From Gemmatimonadota bacterium (GTDB lineage: Bacteria > JBHIER01 > G020348925), in NCBI GenBank assembly GCA_020348925.1, contig CP070758.1, forward strand, positions 1,382,469-1,446,468: a stretch of DNA of 64,000 nt, given 5' to 3'. Made by a program: the position numbers and the translations under genes. This document shows positions 32,810-42,588 of the stretch, one piece after another (position 1 is the stretch's first letter; each line of letters begins with the position of its first letter). The notes beneath the pieces are model-generated. The model was not told the DNA's origin and searched no databases. It saw only the letters and a program-made list of their open reading frames with translations.

Positions 32810-34111
32810 CTATCGTTTTAAGAATGTCCTGGCCCAGGTGAGCGCTGCGGATACGGTCATCGTTTCTCCTTGAATATCCGGGTGGCTCACCTTCCATTGG
32901 TGGAGGTTTTGCTCGGAGCGGAAGAAGTGGATGTTGCCGTGCTGACCCTCGCTGAAAACTATGAGTCCCTGGGGTTGAGAGGAGATGAGCTGTCCGTTTT
33001 TGACCAGAATGCGAACCTCAGAACCGGTGTCTGTTGTCGCGGTCAAAATTTCGACGTCGTTCTGTCCATAGAGATACGGCCACCCCCAGAAATCCGGGGC
33101 ACAGGGGAGCAACGATTTTCCCCTCTGCTCCATAATTTTCCGGGAAAAGCCGGAATATTCCGGTTCCTCCTGTTCGGTTTTTATGAGAGAGAAGGGGGGG
33201 CCTAAGGGTTCGTTCGACATGACAGCGGCCACAGGCTCTGGGACATGAAAGGGGTCTCTTTTCGGTACGAACATATTTTCCGACGTGTCGGACGCGGTTC
33301 TCTCAGACCGCATCTTCTCCTGTGCTTCAGGCGGGGCCTCTTCGGGTACTGGGAAGGTCTCAACCGTATTGACGGTGACGGATTCCGCAGCGGGAGTCGG
33401 CAAAACTCTTGAAGGTTCGTGAAGATCGAAGCCTTCATCGGGTGTGGGCTTTTCGTCTTCGGGAGCAGGGGAGATGGGTCTCTCTGCCTGATCAACTGGA
33501 ATCGGTTCTTCTTGAAAATAGGAGTACGAGACATCACTTCTTTTCTGTCCCAGAATTTCATGCGTTGTGCTGCGGTCTTTCAGAGATGAGGCCATATACA
33601 GAGTATCCAATCCCTGGGGCAAGATGAAATAGACGCGCTCACCGTCGTTTCGAACATCGATAAATCCAGCCGCGTACAGGAACTCAAGGCCGCGAACGAT
33701 GCGGGCTTTTGGGATGGGCGCCAGTGCATATTCCTGTATGTGGCGAATGAGATCTCTGATGCTTCCCAAATTGCCTCTGTGTTGTAACAGGTAGGCCATG
33801 ATGTGAGATTCATCATCTGAGAAGAAAACTCCTATGACGCCGTTCTCGTAATACATTTTTGCTGAGAGTTTGGCCCGCCTCTCATTCGTGATCGTTGAGG
33901 CGAGGGCCTGCTCGATGGTCTCCAGTGTCGGGATATCTCCTTCCTGGTCGATGTGTTCTAAAACAGACGCATATATTACTTTTTCGTCGAGTGTGAGTCG
34001 GACCCGTTCCATGGACGTTTGAAGACGGTTCTCTTCTGCATAGACACAGGGGGACACGGAAGATACGATGACGACCACAGCCAGAGAGAGCATTGGGGTT
34101 TTCAAATTCAT
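32810..34111 (-). CDS. Secreted protein with a Pro/Glu-rich linker and C-terminal MerB (organomercurial lyase)-like domain
   Basis: Signal peptide from ATG 34111. The C-terminal 'PCAPD...TGSEVRILV...P.G...NIHFFRS...W...HP...TV..A' mirrors MerB 'WCALD...TG.PV...HVHFFAS...W...H'. Confidence 0.7.
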   Translation of the reverse strand: MNLKTPMLSLAVVVIVSSVSPCVYAEENRLQTSMERVRLTLDEKVIYASVLEHIDQEGDIPTLETIEQALASTITNERRAKLSAKMYYENGVIGVFFSDDESHIMAYLLQHRGNLGSIRDLIRHIQEYALAPIPKARIVRGLEFLYAAGFIDVRNDGERVYFILPQGLDTLYMASSLKDRSTTHEILGQKRSDVSYSYFQEEPIPVDQAERPISPAPEDEKPTPDEGFDLHEPSRVLPTPAAESVTVNTVETFPVPEEAPPEAQEKMRSERTASDTSENMFVPKRDPFHVPEPVAAVMSNEPLGPPFSLIKTEQEEPEYSGFSRKIMEQRGKSLLPCAPDFWGWPYLYGQNDVEILTATTDTGSEVRILVKNGQLISSQPQGLIVFSEGQHGNIHFFRSEQNLHQWKVSHPDIQGETMTVSAALTWARTFLKR

Positions 34112-34186
34112 GCATTCCTTTCTTTCGGGTTCTGGAATGTCGATTGTGTGTTGTAAAAATAGTATGTGTGGCTGAAAGAGGCAACA

Positions 34187-34222
34187 GAAAAAACCCCTTT
34201 CCAAGACGGTTTTGAAAAGGGG
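34187..34222 (-). terminator. Intrinsic terminator after the HtrA-like gene
   Basis: Minus strand CCCCTTTTCAA-loop-TTGGAAAGGGG followed by TTTTTT. Confidence 0.6.
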
Positions 34223-34259
34223 CAACATCTATATTGGGCACATCAAGAACGTCGGACCT

Positions 34260-35546
34260 CTATTCTTCTTTGTTGAAAAGTTTCTCCAATCTCCGAATTT
34301 CTTCCTCCAGTTGTTCGATCCGTTTTTCCAGGGTTTCACGAGAGGTGACCGGCTGAACCATTGCTGCTGTTTCAGGGGTCACATTATATTCCTGAAAATT
34401 CATGTTCTGTCCGTCGGTTTGTTCTGCCACCTGACTTGGCCTGTCACCGATTTTCGTGACCAGGGTATGTTGATGACCGTTGCGCGAGATGGTGATGGGG
34501 ATCGCTTCTCCAATGTGTGTCGATGTCACCCATTCGACGAGTTTCTTCCCATCAATCACTTTCTTCCCGTTATATTCAACGATGACATCGCCTTGTTGGA
34601 TACCCGCTTCCGAAGCGGGACTTGGTTCCGAAACAAATGTCACAAACACACCAGAGGCAACATTGAGTTTCATGGCTTGTTCGTTCGTCATATTCTGAAT
34701 GGTGACCCCAAGCCAGCTGCGTTCGTATTTTCCATGCTCAATCAGTTCCCTGGCAATGGCCGTGGCCCTATGGGCAGGAATGGCTAAGCTTGCGCCGTGA
34801 GAGCGAAAATCGAACCGTTGTTGAGGCTGTCGCTGATCGCCCGGCGCACCGATCGTAACGGTTACGGGTTCGGTCACTGCGGCTGTGACAAGTCCTATCA
34901 CTTCGCCTTTGGTATTGAGGGCTGCGGCCCCGCTGTTGCCGGGATTCACATAGGCGCTCATCTGAATGAGATCGTCTTCCTGTCTGATTCCGTTTACCAA
35001 GCCGAAGGATACGGCGGACGAGAGTCCGAACGAGTTGCCCAGAATCGTAATCCACGAACCAACCTTTAACCGATTGGGATCACCGACCTTCGCAGGAGTA
35101 AAATGATCACCTTCGATTTTCAATACGGCGATATTGCTTTCGGAATCAGTGCCAATAAGTTGGGCGATATATTGTTCCCCATTCGAGAGGGTGACCTCAA
35201 ATTTTTCGGCACTCCGAATCACGTTTTCCGTGGTCAAAATGTGACCCCTGGAGTCCAGGATGAAGCCTGAACCCACGTTTGTCTGCCATGAAAATTCCTC
35301 TTCTTGTGGTGCCTTCGGCGTATGCACAGTGCTCGATGAGAGCATTTGACCACAGTGACGCGTCTTGCACTTGGCTGAGACGCTCACCACCGAAGGTTGT
35401 ACTCTTTCCACCAGTTTTGTCATTTCTTTTTCAAGAGTATCCAGCAGTTGATTTTCCGCTCGTATTGCATCACATGGAGATAAAAGAAGTGTAAAAGATA
35501 CGGAGAGAATCAGATGTATCACTGTCCCGCTTTTTCTCATTGTCAT
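34260..35546 (-). CDS. HtrA/DegP-like trypsin-fold + PDZ protein; catalytic His and Asp apparently replaced
   Basis: GSGFIL, 'ILTTENVI', 'DSESNIAVLK', NPGNSG, PDZ 'WLGVTIQ...SPASEAGIQQGDVI', and a C-terminal coiled coil. Confidence 0.85.
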   Translation of the reverse strand: MTMRKSGTVIHLILSVSFTLLLSPCDAIRAENQLLDTLEKEMTKLVERVQPSVVSVSAKCKTRHCGQMLSSSTVHTPKAPQEEEFSWQTNVGSGFILDSRGHILTTENVIRSAEKFEVTLSNGEQYIAQLIGTDSESNIAVLKIEGDHFTPAKVGDPNRLKVGSWITILGNSFGLSSAVSFGLVNGIRQEDDLIQMSAYVNPGNSGAAALNTKGEVIGLVTAAVTEPVTVTIGAPGDQRQPQQRFDFRSHGASLAIPAHRATAIARELIEHGKYERSWLGVTIQNMTNEQAMKLNVASGVFVTFVSEPSPASEAGIQQGDVIVEYNGKKVIDGKKLVEWVTSTHIGEAIPITISRNGHQHTLVTKIGDRPSQVAEQTDGQNMNFQEYNVTPETAAMVQPVTSRETLEKRIEQLEEEIRRLEKLFNKEE

Positions 35547-35603
35547 ATTCTCCTGAGCTACACGTATGCTTTTGAAACCCAATACTCGGACGTCGTCCCT
35601 GAA

Positions 35604-36311
35604 TTATGGGCTGAATGTAACCGTTTGAAGTCTCCGGGGCGGAGTGGCAGAGGGCAGGACGTACTTAACGGCTTGCAACCCTTCGGATGTCCACTGGAGC
35701 CGGGTCTGGCCCAGGATATACTCTCGATTGAATTGGGATTGCCATGTCGATGAAAGATAGCCTCTCTGTAACTCAAGGTGTTGCGGCGAGATTTTTCTGA
35801 GCACATAATTGGGAGCTTCGTTCCGGTCACTCACGAGACGAGCCGGAGATCCGAGAGACACGGTGTCTTCTGAGGGACTGATCCGCTCCACTTTCGTTGA
35901 GTGTTCGCTTTCGGCAATAAAAAGGGGCTGTCTCTTTTGCAGGAGCGTGCTCTTAACAAGGAACAGTCCGATAACGACGGCGAGACAGGCCATAGAGAAG
36001 GCGAACGCTGGCCTGGGACGGATGGGCAGGTATGAAGGGAGACGACGCCACAATGTCCCTTCGGACCGCTCTCTCTCCAGGCGCAATTTGTCCTTTAAAA
36101 TATGCTCAAAAGTGGGTGAGGATGCTACTTGAGGTAAACCGTTTAGGAGATCCCTCACGCGGCGCATTCTCTCGCAAACGGAGGCGCAGAGTGAACACCC
36201 GTCGACGTGCGTCTGAACGATATTGTGTTTTTCTGTTTCAAGCAACCCTTCGATAAAATCGGACATGGAGTCCTGAGCCCGTTTGCAATCGATCATAGGC
36301 AACTCCTTCAT
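35604..36311 (-). CDS. Anti-sigma factor (zf-HC2) with a single transmembrane helix
   Basis: C...HVDGCSLC (HxxxCxxC) and a TM segment 'AFAFSMACLAVVIGLFL'. Directly downstream of the ECF sigma. Confidence 0.85.
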   Translation of the reverse strand: MKELPMIDCKRAQDSMSDFIEGLLETEKHNIVQTHVDGCSLCASVCERMRRVRDLLNGLPQVASSPTFEHILKDKLRLERERSEGTLWRRLPSYLPIRPRPAFAFSMACLAVVIGLFLVKSTLLQKRQPLFIAESEHSTKVERISPSEDTVSLGSPARLVSDRNEAPNYVLRKISPQHLELQRGYLSSTWQSQFNREYILGQTRLQWTSEGLQAVKYVLPSATPPRRLQTVTFSP

Positions 36312-36325
36312 TTTTAACTAAAACG

Positions 36326-36988
36326 TCATTGAATCCCTTCCATCCATTCTTTCAGCTCTTCTTGCAGTCGTAACCGAGCTCTGTTTACCCTCGATTTCAC
36401 TGTGCCGACCGGGCAGCCAATAATTTCTGCGATTTCTTCGTATGCAAACCCTTGAATATCTCTGAGGATAACGGCCTCCCGATATTTTGGAGATAGGGTC
36501 TCCATGGCTTCTTCGACGGCCCTTTCAATCATACGATCATGGGTTAAATCATCCGGTCGTTGGCTTTCATCGGGGATTTCAAACTCTGTTCCCTCCTCAG
36601 ATTCTGGTTGATCCAAGGAAAAGAAGCGCCATCGTTTTCTTCTTCGGAGTTCACTCTTGGCCAGATTTCCGGCTATTGTGAAGATCCATGTTGAAAAATT
36701 TGAGATTCGTTCGTGATTCTTGCGCTCCCTAAAAACCCTCAGAAATGTTTCCTGAACGAGTTCTTCGGCCTGATCTCGATCACCCACGAACCTGAAGACA
36801 AAATTGAGAAGCCGCATCTTATACCTCTTGACGATCATGTCAAAAGCCCCGGGGTCACCTTCGTGAACCTTCTTGAGGAGTTCCTCGTCTGCAGGGGTGC
36901 GCTGTTTCCGTTGGACCCTGACACCTGCGGCGCTTTCTCTCATTCGTCGCTCATTTTCGCTACTGGTCTTTAAACTTCGGTTCGTCAA
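36326..36988 (-). CDS. ECF sigma-70 factor (RpoE/SigW-like)
   Basis: AEELVQETFLR, FSTWIFTIAGN, YEEIAEIIGCPVGTVKSRVNRAR. The start may be 36943. Confidence 0.93.
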   Translation of the reverse strand: MTNRSLKTSSENERRMRESAAGVRVQRKQRTPADEELLKKVHEGDPGAFDMIVKRYKMRLLNFVFRFVGDRDQAEELVQETFLRVFRERKNHERISNFSTWIFTIAGNLAKSELRRRKRWRFFSLDQPESEEGTEFEIPDESQRPDDLTHDRMIERAVEEAMETLSPKYREAVILRDIQGFAYEEIAEIIGCPVGTVKSRVNRARLRLQEELKEWMEGIQ

Positions 36989-37102
36989 AAAAGTTCCTCC
37001 GTCTTTCGCAGAAGAGTGAAGCCTTTTGCGGTAGTCAATCAGGCTTTGTGAGACGCTTGAAATTCCAATTGCCGAGGGAAGATCGAAGGATCTTACAGTT
37101 CA

Positions 37103-37131
37103 ATTTTAACGTTTTCCTATCGAGAAGTCAA
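37103..37131 (-). promoter_or_regulatory. sigma70-type promoter for the ECF operon
   Basis: TTGACT-N17-TAAAAT on the minus strand. Confidence 0.65.
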
Positions 37132-37279
37132 TAGTTTTTTTTACGATGCGTAACGGGAGTATCTCCCAGCCCGTCTTACAGCGGTCAGTTGATTCATTCT
37201 ATGCTTGTGCGGCAAGTGACACTGGGAGCCCCTCATCCGAATGGGGGAGGGGCGATTGGATCTTGACGGAAAGCGACTC

Positions 37280-37380
37280 AAAAAAAACCGACCATCGTCT
37301 CGAGTAACGCCATCCGCTCGTCTCTGTTTTTTCGAAACGTCGAGGTACCCGTTGCGATAGTCGGGAATGCGCTTCGCTCG
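37280..37380 (-). ncRNA. Candidate small structured RNA (long hairpin ending in U8)
   Basis: Promoter TTGACA-N18-TATCTT (37414-37385). CCGACUAUCG pairs with CGAUGGUCGG, which is immediately followed by U8, and there are nested inner stems. Confidence 0.4.
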
Positions 37381-37547
37381 TTCCAAGATAGGGGCGTCGT
37401 GCCCATAATGTCAAGAAAAAGAGTACAACATGTCGGGCTCGAAGTGTAAGGAACCCCGAAATGTCGTATAAAACCCAATGTGTTGTGTGTATCGATTGAA
37501 AAGTGAGGTGTTCCTGAGACTTTGAGAAAGGTCGATAGTGAAAATGG

Positions 37548-37576
37548 TTGACATGATGTTTTTTCTGTTGTATACT
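37548..37576 (+). promoter_or_regulatory. sigma70-type promoter upstream of the pilin gene
   Basis: TTGACA-N17-TATACT. Confidence 0.75.
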
Positions 37577-37716
37577 TAAGTATGCCCGTCACTTTTGGAA
37601 GAGTGAAACACTTTGAAGGGGGCGAACGGAAAGGAACGATGCCATAGTCCGGATGGAACAGTGAATGATCGAATCCGAAAAACCGTGCTCTTCATCTTTT
37701 TCGGGAGGTAGAATGT

Positions 37717-38100
37717 ATGTTCTTTTTTCTTCGAAGTCGTGAGGGATTTGTCTGGTACGAGCTTCTTCTCGTCATTGTGCTGATCAGTATTTTTGCCACG
37801 CTTATTGTTCCGAGATTTTTGGAGGTGAAAGAGAAAGAGAACGTCATCAAAGTCCGGCAAGCATTGGAAATCATGCATCGCAGGCAGAAGAGTTATCTCG
37901 AAGAAAGCGGTCGGTATGGTCTTTATGATGATCTGAGGATCGGGGATCTGGGATTTGTGACACGCTCTTTCGAATTTTCTGTGGAGCATGTTACCGACAG
38001 TACATACACCGCTATTGGGAAAGAGAAGAAAGAGCCCTATCGGTTCATGAGTATTGACCAGGACAGCAACTGGGCCGGTGATTTGATCGAGGAGGAGTGA
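37717..38100 (+). CDS. Type IV pilin/pseudopilin-like protein
   Basis: Class III signal 'REG|FVWYELLLVIVLISIFATLIVPRF' (Gly-1, Phe+1, Glu+5). GGAGG RBS. Confidence 0.8.
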   Translation: MFFFLRSREGFVWYELLLVIVLISIFATLIVPRFLEVKEKENVIKVRQALEIMHRRQKSYLEESGRYGLYDDLRIGDLGFVTRSFEFSVEHVTDSTYTAIGKEKKEPYRFMSIDQDSNWAGDLIEEE

Positions 38101-38678
38101 GGTATAGGGGAAAGCAGATTTCTCCGTGCGCACGTGCGCTCTTTACTGCGAAACAGAGCACCGTCATGGAAAACAATTACAGCAACAGTCACTATTTGAA
38201 GAAGATCTTCAACGAGACCGAGGTTCTGAAGAAGCCAATTCATCGCGTCATCAGCGGGTATCACCATCTTCCCTACATATTGATCGGCACATCTTTCGAT
38301 AATCTCAGTAGGACCACGGAAATCAGAGGGATCATCCACGTTTCGCCGCGAATGATCATCCGGCCCGGAGAGGGGGGGCAAACCTACGGGGAGATTTTTG
38401 GGGAGGAGAATATCGAACCGGCCATTGTAGCCCGTATCTTTGGATTTTTGTACCTGAGAGAACGGACCACGAAGTTCGCGTGCGATGATCTGTCGATACA
38501 GGAATTGCATATTCCGCTGCCTGAGGTCGCCGACCGTGTTATGGATGAATTGGCCAGGCGGGAATGTATTGATACGGGTGTGATTCGGTCGCCTGATATC
38601 GGTGTCTATCCTGTTTCCATAGACCGATATATCAAAGAGATGCTTGACAAGGAACTGTCCACAGGAACCATCATGTAG
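38097..38678 (+). CDS. Hypothetical protein (start possibly 38166)
   Basis: Long ORF adjacent to the pilin gene with globular composition. No family recognised. Confidence 0.65.
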   Translation: MRYRGKQISPCARALFTAKQSTVMENNYSNSHYLKKIFNETEVLKKPIHRVISGYHHLPYILIGTSFDNLSRTTEIRGIIHVSPRMIIRPGEGGQTYGEIFGEENIEPAIVARIFGFLYLRERTTKFACDDLSIQELHIPLPEVADRVMDELARRECIDTGVIRSPDIGVYPVSIDRYIKEMLDKELSTGTIM

Positions 38679-38784
38679 TGTTCTCATTCCCCTCTACCCA
38701 CACATCATTCGCTCTCTTTCCTTTACCAATTCCAACGATGCTGTTGAGATCCCTGCGGGGATCGTCTCGATCCGGGAGGTGAGG

Positions 38785-41175
38785 GTGTTCTTCGTCTATG
38801 CGGGACTCTTTTTCATTTCAGCAGCAACCCTCATATTTGAGATTACGCTTACCCGAGTCCTGGCGATAGCGCAATGGCATCATCTCGCCTTCATGGTCAT
38901 CAGTATAGCCATGCTGGGTTTTGGAGCGAGCGGGACGGTTCTGTCCCTTTTCCCGTCGCTGCTCAAGCGGGATTCCGGGACGTTCCTCTCGGTGACTGGA
39001 ATCATTTTTAGCCTGTCCAGCGTTGGGAGTTTTGCCCTGGTCAATGCCATCTCCTTTGACCAATTTCTGATTCTTTGGGAACCTCGACAATCCCTCTGTC
39101 TGGCCATGTACTATCTCTGTCTGACGATCCCCTTTACTGCCAGCGGTCTTGCCGTGGGTTTCTTGCTGGCGAAGAAAGCCAAAGATGTCAGCAGAATCTA
39201 TTTCTTCACTATGGTCGGCTCCGGGGCGGGGTGCATTCTGGCGGTTTGTTTCGCTCCTCTGGGAGCCCCACTTGTGATTGTCTGTGCGTCGCTCATCGGA
39301 ACCGTGGCCGCCGTCCTGTTCAGTCTTCGATCTTGTAAGATGCTATCGGTGGCAACTCCAATTCTGTTGCTTCTATCCGTTCTTGTTTTCATTCGTCTCC
39401 CCCTTACGATCACTATGACTCCTTACAAAGACTTGCAGGTCCAGCTTCGATTTCCTCAAACGAACGTTGTGGCCACCTTGTGGAATGCGTTTTCAAGAAT
39501 TGACGTCATCGAAGGACCTGCGGTTCGGTATGCACCGGGGCTGAGTTATCGATTTCAGGATACGCTGCCGCGACAATTGGGGATCACGTGGGACGGGGAT
39601 GGATTGACTCCTCTCACGGAATATGAAGGTGACCCGGATCGTCTGAAGTTTACAGATTTTCTGACGTCGAGTCTTGCCTACCATCTTCAGGACAGACCAA
39701 AGGTGTTGGTCTTGGGTGTCGGTGGAGGCTTGGATGTTTTATCGGCCGTGTATCATCGAGCCGAATCGGTCACCGGCGTCGAGATCAATCCGCTCTTGAT
39801 TGAGATACTTACCGAAAAATATCGACATCGAACAGGGGACATTTTTCAGACGTCGAATGTAGAGCTGATCGTCGATGAGGGCAGAACGTTCCTCCGGCGC
39901 AGTCCCGAACACTATGACGTCATCCAGATCTCTCTCCTCGATTCGCAGACATCCGCAGCGGTTGGGGCGTATGGTCTTTCTGAGAATTATCTCTACACGG
40001 TGGAAGCGTTCAGAGAGTATTTGAAACGTCTCACTCGTGACGGCATCCTCAGTATCACCCGATGGTTACTGCTGCCTCCCCGGGATTGTCTTCGCCTGTG
40101 CACCATTGGTTTGACTGCTCTTGAGGAGACTGGCGTTCAAAGACCGGAACAGCATATCGCCCTAATCCGCTCTTGGGGTACGAGCACTTTTCTGTTGAAG
40201 CGGAGCCCCCTTTCATCCGATGAGATTGTCTGCCTAAAGCAGTTTTGCCGCGAGAGAGGGTTTGATCTCATCGCCTATCCCGGAATTGGGGAGGAAGAAG
40301 TCAACCTGTACAATCAGCTCCCCGAACCGTATTACTACCAATATGTCAGCAACCTGGTGAATCCCTCAAAAAGGTCCTCGTTCCTCTCAGATTATCTCTT
40401 GGATATTCGGCCGACGAGGGACGACAGACCCTTTTTCCATCATTTCCTGAAGTGGCGAAATCTGAAAAAGCTGTATCACACGGTGGGGGAGAGGATGGAA
40501 TCCTTCATCCTGTGGGGAGATGTAACTTTAATGGCTGTTCTGGGACAAGCCATTTTTTTTAGCCTCGTGTTCATTGTTCTCCCCTTATGGATTGTGAGGA
40601 CAAGAGGGCGGTTCGGCCTTCAGAAGCGGATACCTGCAGCCATGCTCGTCTATTTTCTGTGCTTAGGGTTCGGTTTTATGTTTGTTGTAATAGTTCTCAT
40701 TCAGAAGTTCATTCTCTTTCTCGGCAGGCCGGTATACGCCCTGTCGGTCATCCTCTTCTCGGTGCTCGTTTTTTCGGGATGCGGAAGCCTGGCCTCGAGC
40801 AAACTTGGTTTCAGGGCGAAGATATTTGTACCATTTCTGAGTATTGTCATCATCGCCTATCTCATCGTTCTGTCTCCTCTTTTTCATGTCTGTCTCGGCC
40901 AGTCTCTGACCTTGCGAATTGTGATTTCGGTCATCCTGCTCGCACCCTTATGCTTCATCATGGGATTTCCTTTTCCGCTCGGCATCCGGACTCTGAACAG
41001 TATATGCCCGGCTTCAATCCCCTGGGCCTGGGGTATGAACAGCTGCTCGTCCGTCGTCGGATCGATTGTCGCCGGTGCCGTTGCTCTCTATTTTGGATTT
41101 TCCGTGGTTTTTATTTTGGCCGGTATGATATATTTCATTGGAGGTGGCATACTTCTGAGGACAAAAGTGCCATGA
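38785..41175 (+). CDS. Membrane protein with a central spermidine synthase-like SAM-binding domain
   Basis: N- and C-terminal TM bundles (LIFEITLTR, WAWGMNS), with VLVLGVGGGLDV, VEINP, DEGRTFL and ENYLYTVEAF. GTG start after GGAGGT. Confidence 0.85.
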   Translation: MFFVYAGLFFISAATLIFEITLTRVLAIAQWHHLAFMVISIAMLGFGASGTVLSLFPSLLKRDSGTFLSVTGIIFSLSSVGSFALVNAISFDQFLILWEPRQSLCLAMYYLCLTIPFTASGLAVGFLLAKKAKDVSRIYFFTMVGSGAGCILAVCFAPLGAPLVIVCASLIGTVAAVLFSLRSCKMLSVATPILLLLSVLVFIRLPLTITMTPYKDLQVQLRFPQTNVVATLWNAFSRIDVIEGPAVRYAPGLSYRFQDTLPRQLGITWDGDGLTPLTEYEGDPDRLKFTDFLTSSLAYHLQDRPKVLVLGVGGGLDVLSAVYHRAESVTGVEINPLLIEILTEKYRHRTGDIFQTSNVELIVDEGRTFLRRSPEHYDVIQISLLDSQTSAAVGAYGLSENYLYTVEAFREYLKRLTRDGILSITRWLLLPPRDCLRLCTIGLTALEETGVQRPEQHIALIRSWGTSTFLLKRSPLSSDEIVCLKQFCRERGFDLIAYPGIGEEEVNLYNQLPEPYYYQYVSNLVNPSKRSSFLSDYLLDIRPTRDDRPFFHHFLKWRNLKKLYHTVGERMESFILWGDVTLMAVLGQAIFFSLVFIVLPLWIVRTRGRFGLQKRIPAAMLVYFLCLGFGFMFVVIVLIQKFILFLGRPVYALSVILFSVLVFSGCGSLASSKLGFRAKIFVPFLSIVIIAYLIVLSPLFHVCLGQSLTLRIVISVILLAPLCFIMGFPFPLGIRTLNSICPASIPWAWGMNSCSSVVGSIVAGAVALYFGFSVVFILAGMIYFIGGGILLRTKVP

Positions 41176-41350
41176 CGAACTCCTTAACGCTACAGATCTT
41201 TCATGGATGGGAAGGTTGAGCCGGATCGGCTGTGAATCAAGATCTGACGTTTGCTGTTCTCTGGGATGGTTATCATCCGTACGAGTGTCCCTGGGAATCG
41301 TTCGGAAAAGAAATCTGAAGAAACTGTGAACCGTTTCAAACGAGGTGAAG

Positions 41351-42454
41351 ATGAACTGTTTTAACTTTCATATGCCGACGCGTGTTTTCTTTGGCAAGGA
41401 TCGTATCTCTGAACTGGGTCGGTGTATCGACCCGGCGTTCAAACGAATACTCATTGTCACAGAGCCAAACGTCGCTCACAGGAGCGGAGCCCTTGACAAG
41501 ACGCTGGAACAGCTCAGCGGGAGGGATGTCACCCTTTTCACGAATGTTGAGGAGAATCCCTCGTTCCAGGTCATAGAGAAGGGCCGGCAGATGGCCAGGG
41601 GGAGTGAGGCGCAGCTGGTCATCGGCATTGGCGGGGGATCGCCCATGGACGCTGCCAAGGGGATTGCGGTTCTGTCGACGAACGATGGGGACATGCGTGA
41701 TTTCATCTCTGGCGAGCCGCTGCGGGAGGGTCCTCTTCCAATTATGTGCATCCCCACGACTTCGGGAACGGGCAGCGAGGTGACACCCTATGCCGTTTTC
41801 ACGGATAGGGATGCCGGGACAAAGGGCGGCTACGCGCATCCGAAACTGTTCCCCACGCTTTCCATTGTCGATCCAGTTCTGACTTACTCCATGCCTGAAT
41901 CGGTCGTCGTCAACACGGGTCTGGATGTGCTCACGCACAGCATTGAGGCGTACCTCTCGACGATATCCTCTCCCATGAACGATGTGATTGCCCTCGAGTC
42001 CATAAACATTGTTCTGGACCATCTCAAGGAGGCGACCAAGAAGAACACCGCGGCCATGGATGAGATGGCCTACGCTTCCATGTTGGGGGGGCTTGCGATT
42101 GCGCACGGAGGGACAATTCTGCTTCACGTCATGGGTTATCCTCTGACGATCTTCCACGGCGTCCCGCACGGCCGGGCCAACGCGGCCCTGCTGCCGGAGT
42201 TCGTGCGGTTCATGGGGGAGCGTTCGACAGTCAGACCGAAGGTCCACTTTTTGGAGCGCCTCTTCGATGCGCACGGGGGCTTGGAAGTCTTTGTCAATGA
42301 CCTGGGTGTGTCGACGCGGCTGTCATCGTACGGTGTTCGGGACGAAGAGATAGCGGTCTTTGTCAAGAAGGTGATTGTGAAGGATGATGTCAGGATCACG
42401 CCTGCGGCTGTGACTGAAGAAATCATCGCGGAACTCTATCGCGCTGTTATGTAG
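41351..42454 (+). CDS. Iron-containing alcohol dehydrogenase
   Basis: MPTRVFFG, GIGGGSPMDAAK, PTTSGTGSEVT, DVLTHSIE, PHGRANA. Confidence 0.92.
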   Translation: MNCFNFHMPTRVFFGKDRISELGRCIDPAFKRILIVTEPNVAHRSGALDKTLEQLSGRDVTLFTNVEENPSFQVIEKGRQMARGSEAQLVIGIGGGSPMDAAKGIAVLSTNDGDMRDFISGEPLREGPLPIMCIPTTSGTGSEVTPYAVFTDRDAGTKGGYAHPKLFPTLSIVDPVLTYSMPESVVVNTGLDVLTHSIEAYLSTISSPMNDVIALESINIVLDHLKEATKKNTAAMDEMAYASMLGGLAIAHGGTILLHVMGYPLTIFHGVPHGRANAALLPEFVRFMGERSTVRPKVHFLERLFDAHGGLEVFVNDLGVSTRLSSYGVRDEEIAVFVKKVIVKDDVRITPAAVTEEIIAELYRAVM

Positions 42455-42588
42455 ATCCTGTTTTCCGTGTGAATTGAGGAGATACTGCGTCTGCATGAGA
42501 TACATGTTTTCATCTAAATTAAAGGGCGGCTGGAATGTGATGTTCGGGGTATACTGCAGGAGATAATGCATTGTGAGAGGAGTGACGC

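Noticed and set aside
32810-34111. Mercury-resistance operon
   Set aside because: No merR, merA, merT or merP nearby, and the MerB-like domain is secreted and lacks the second Cys.
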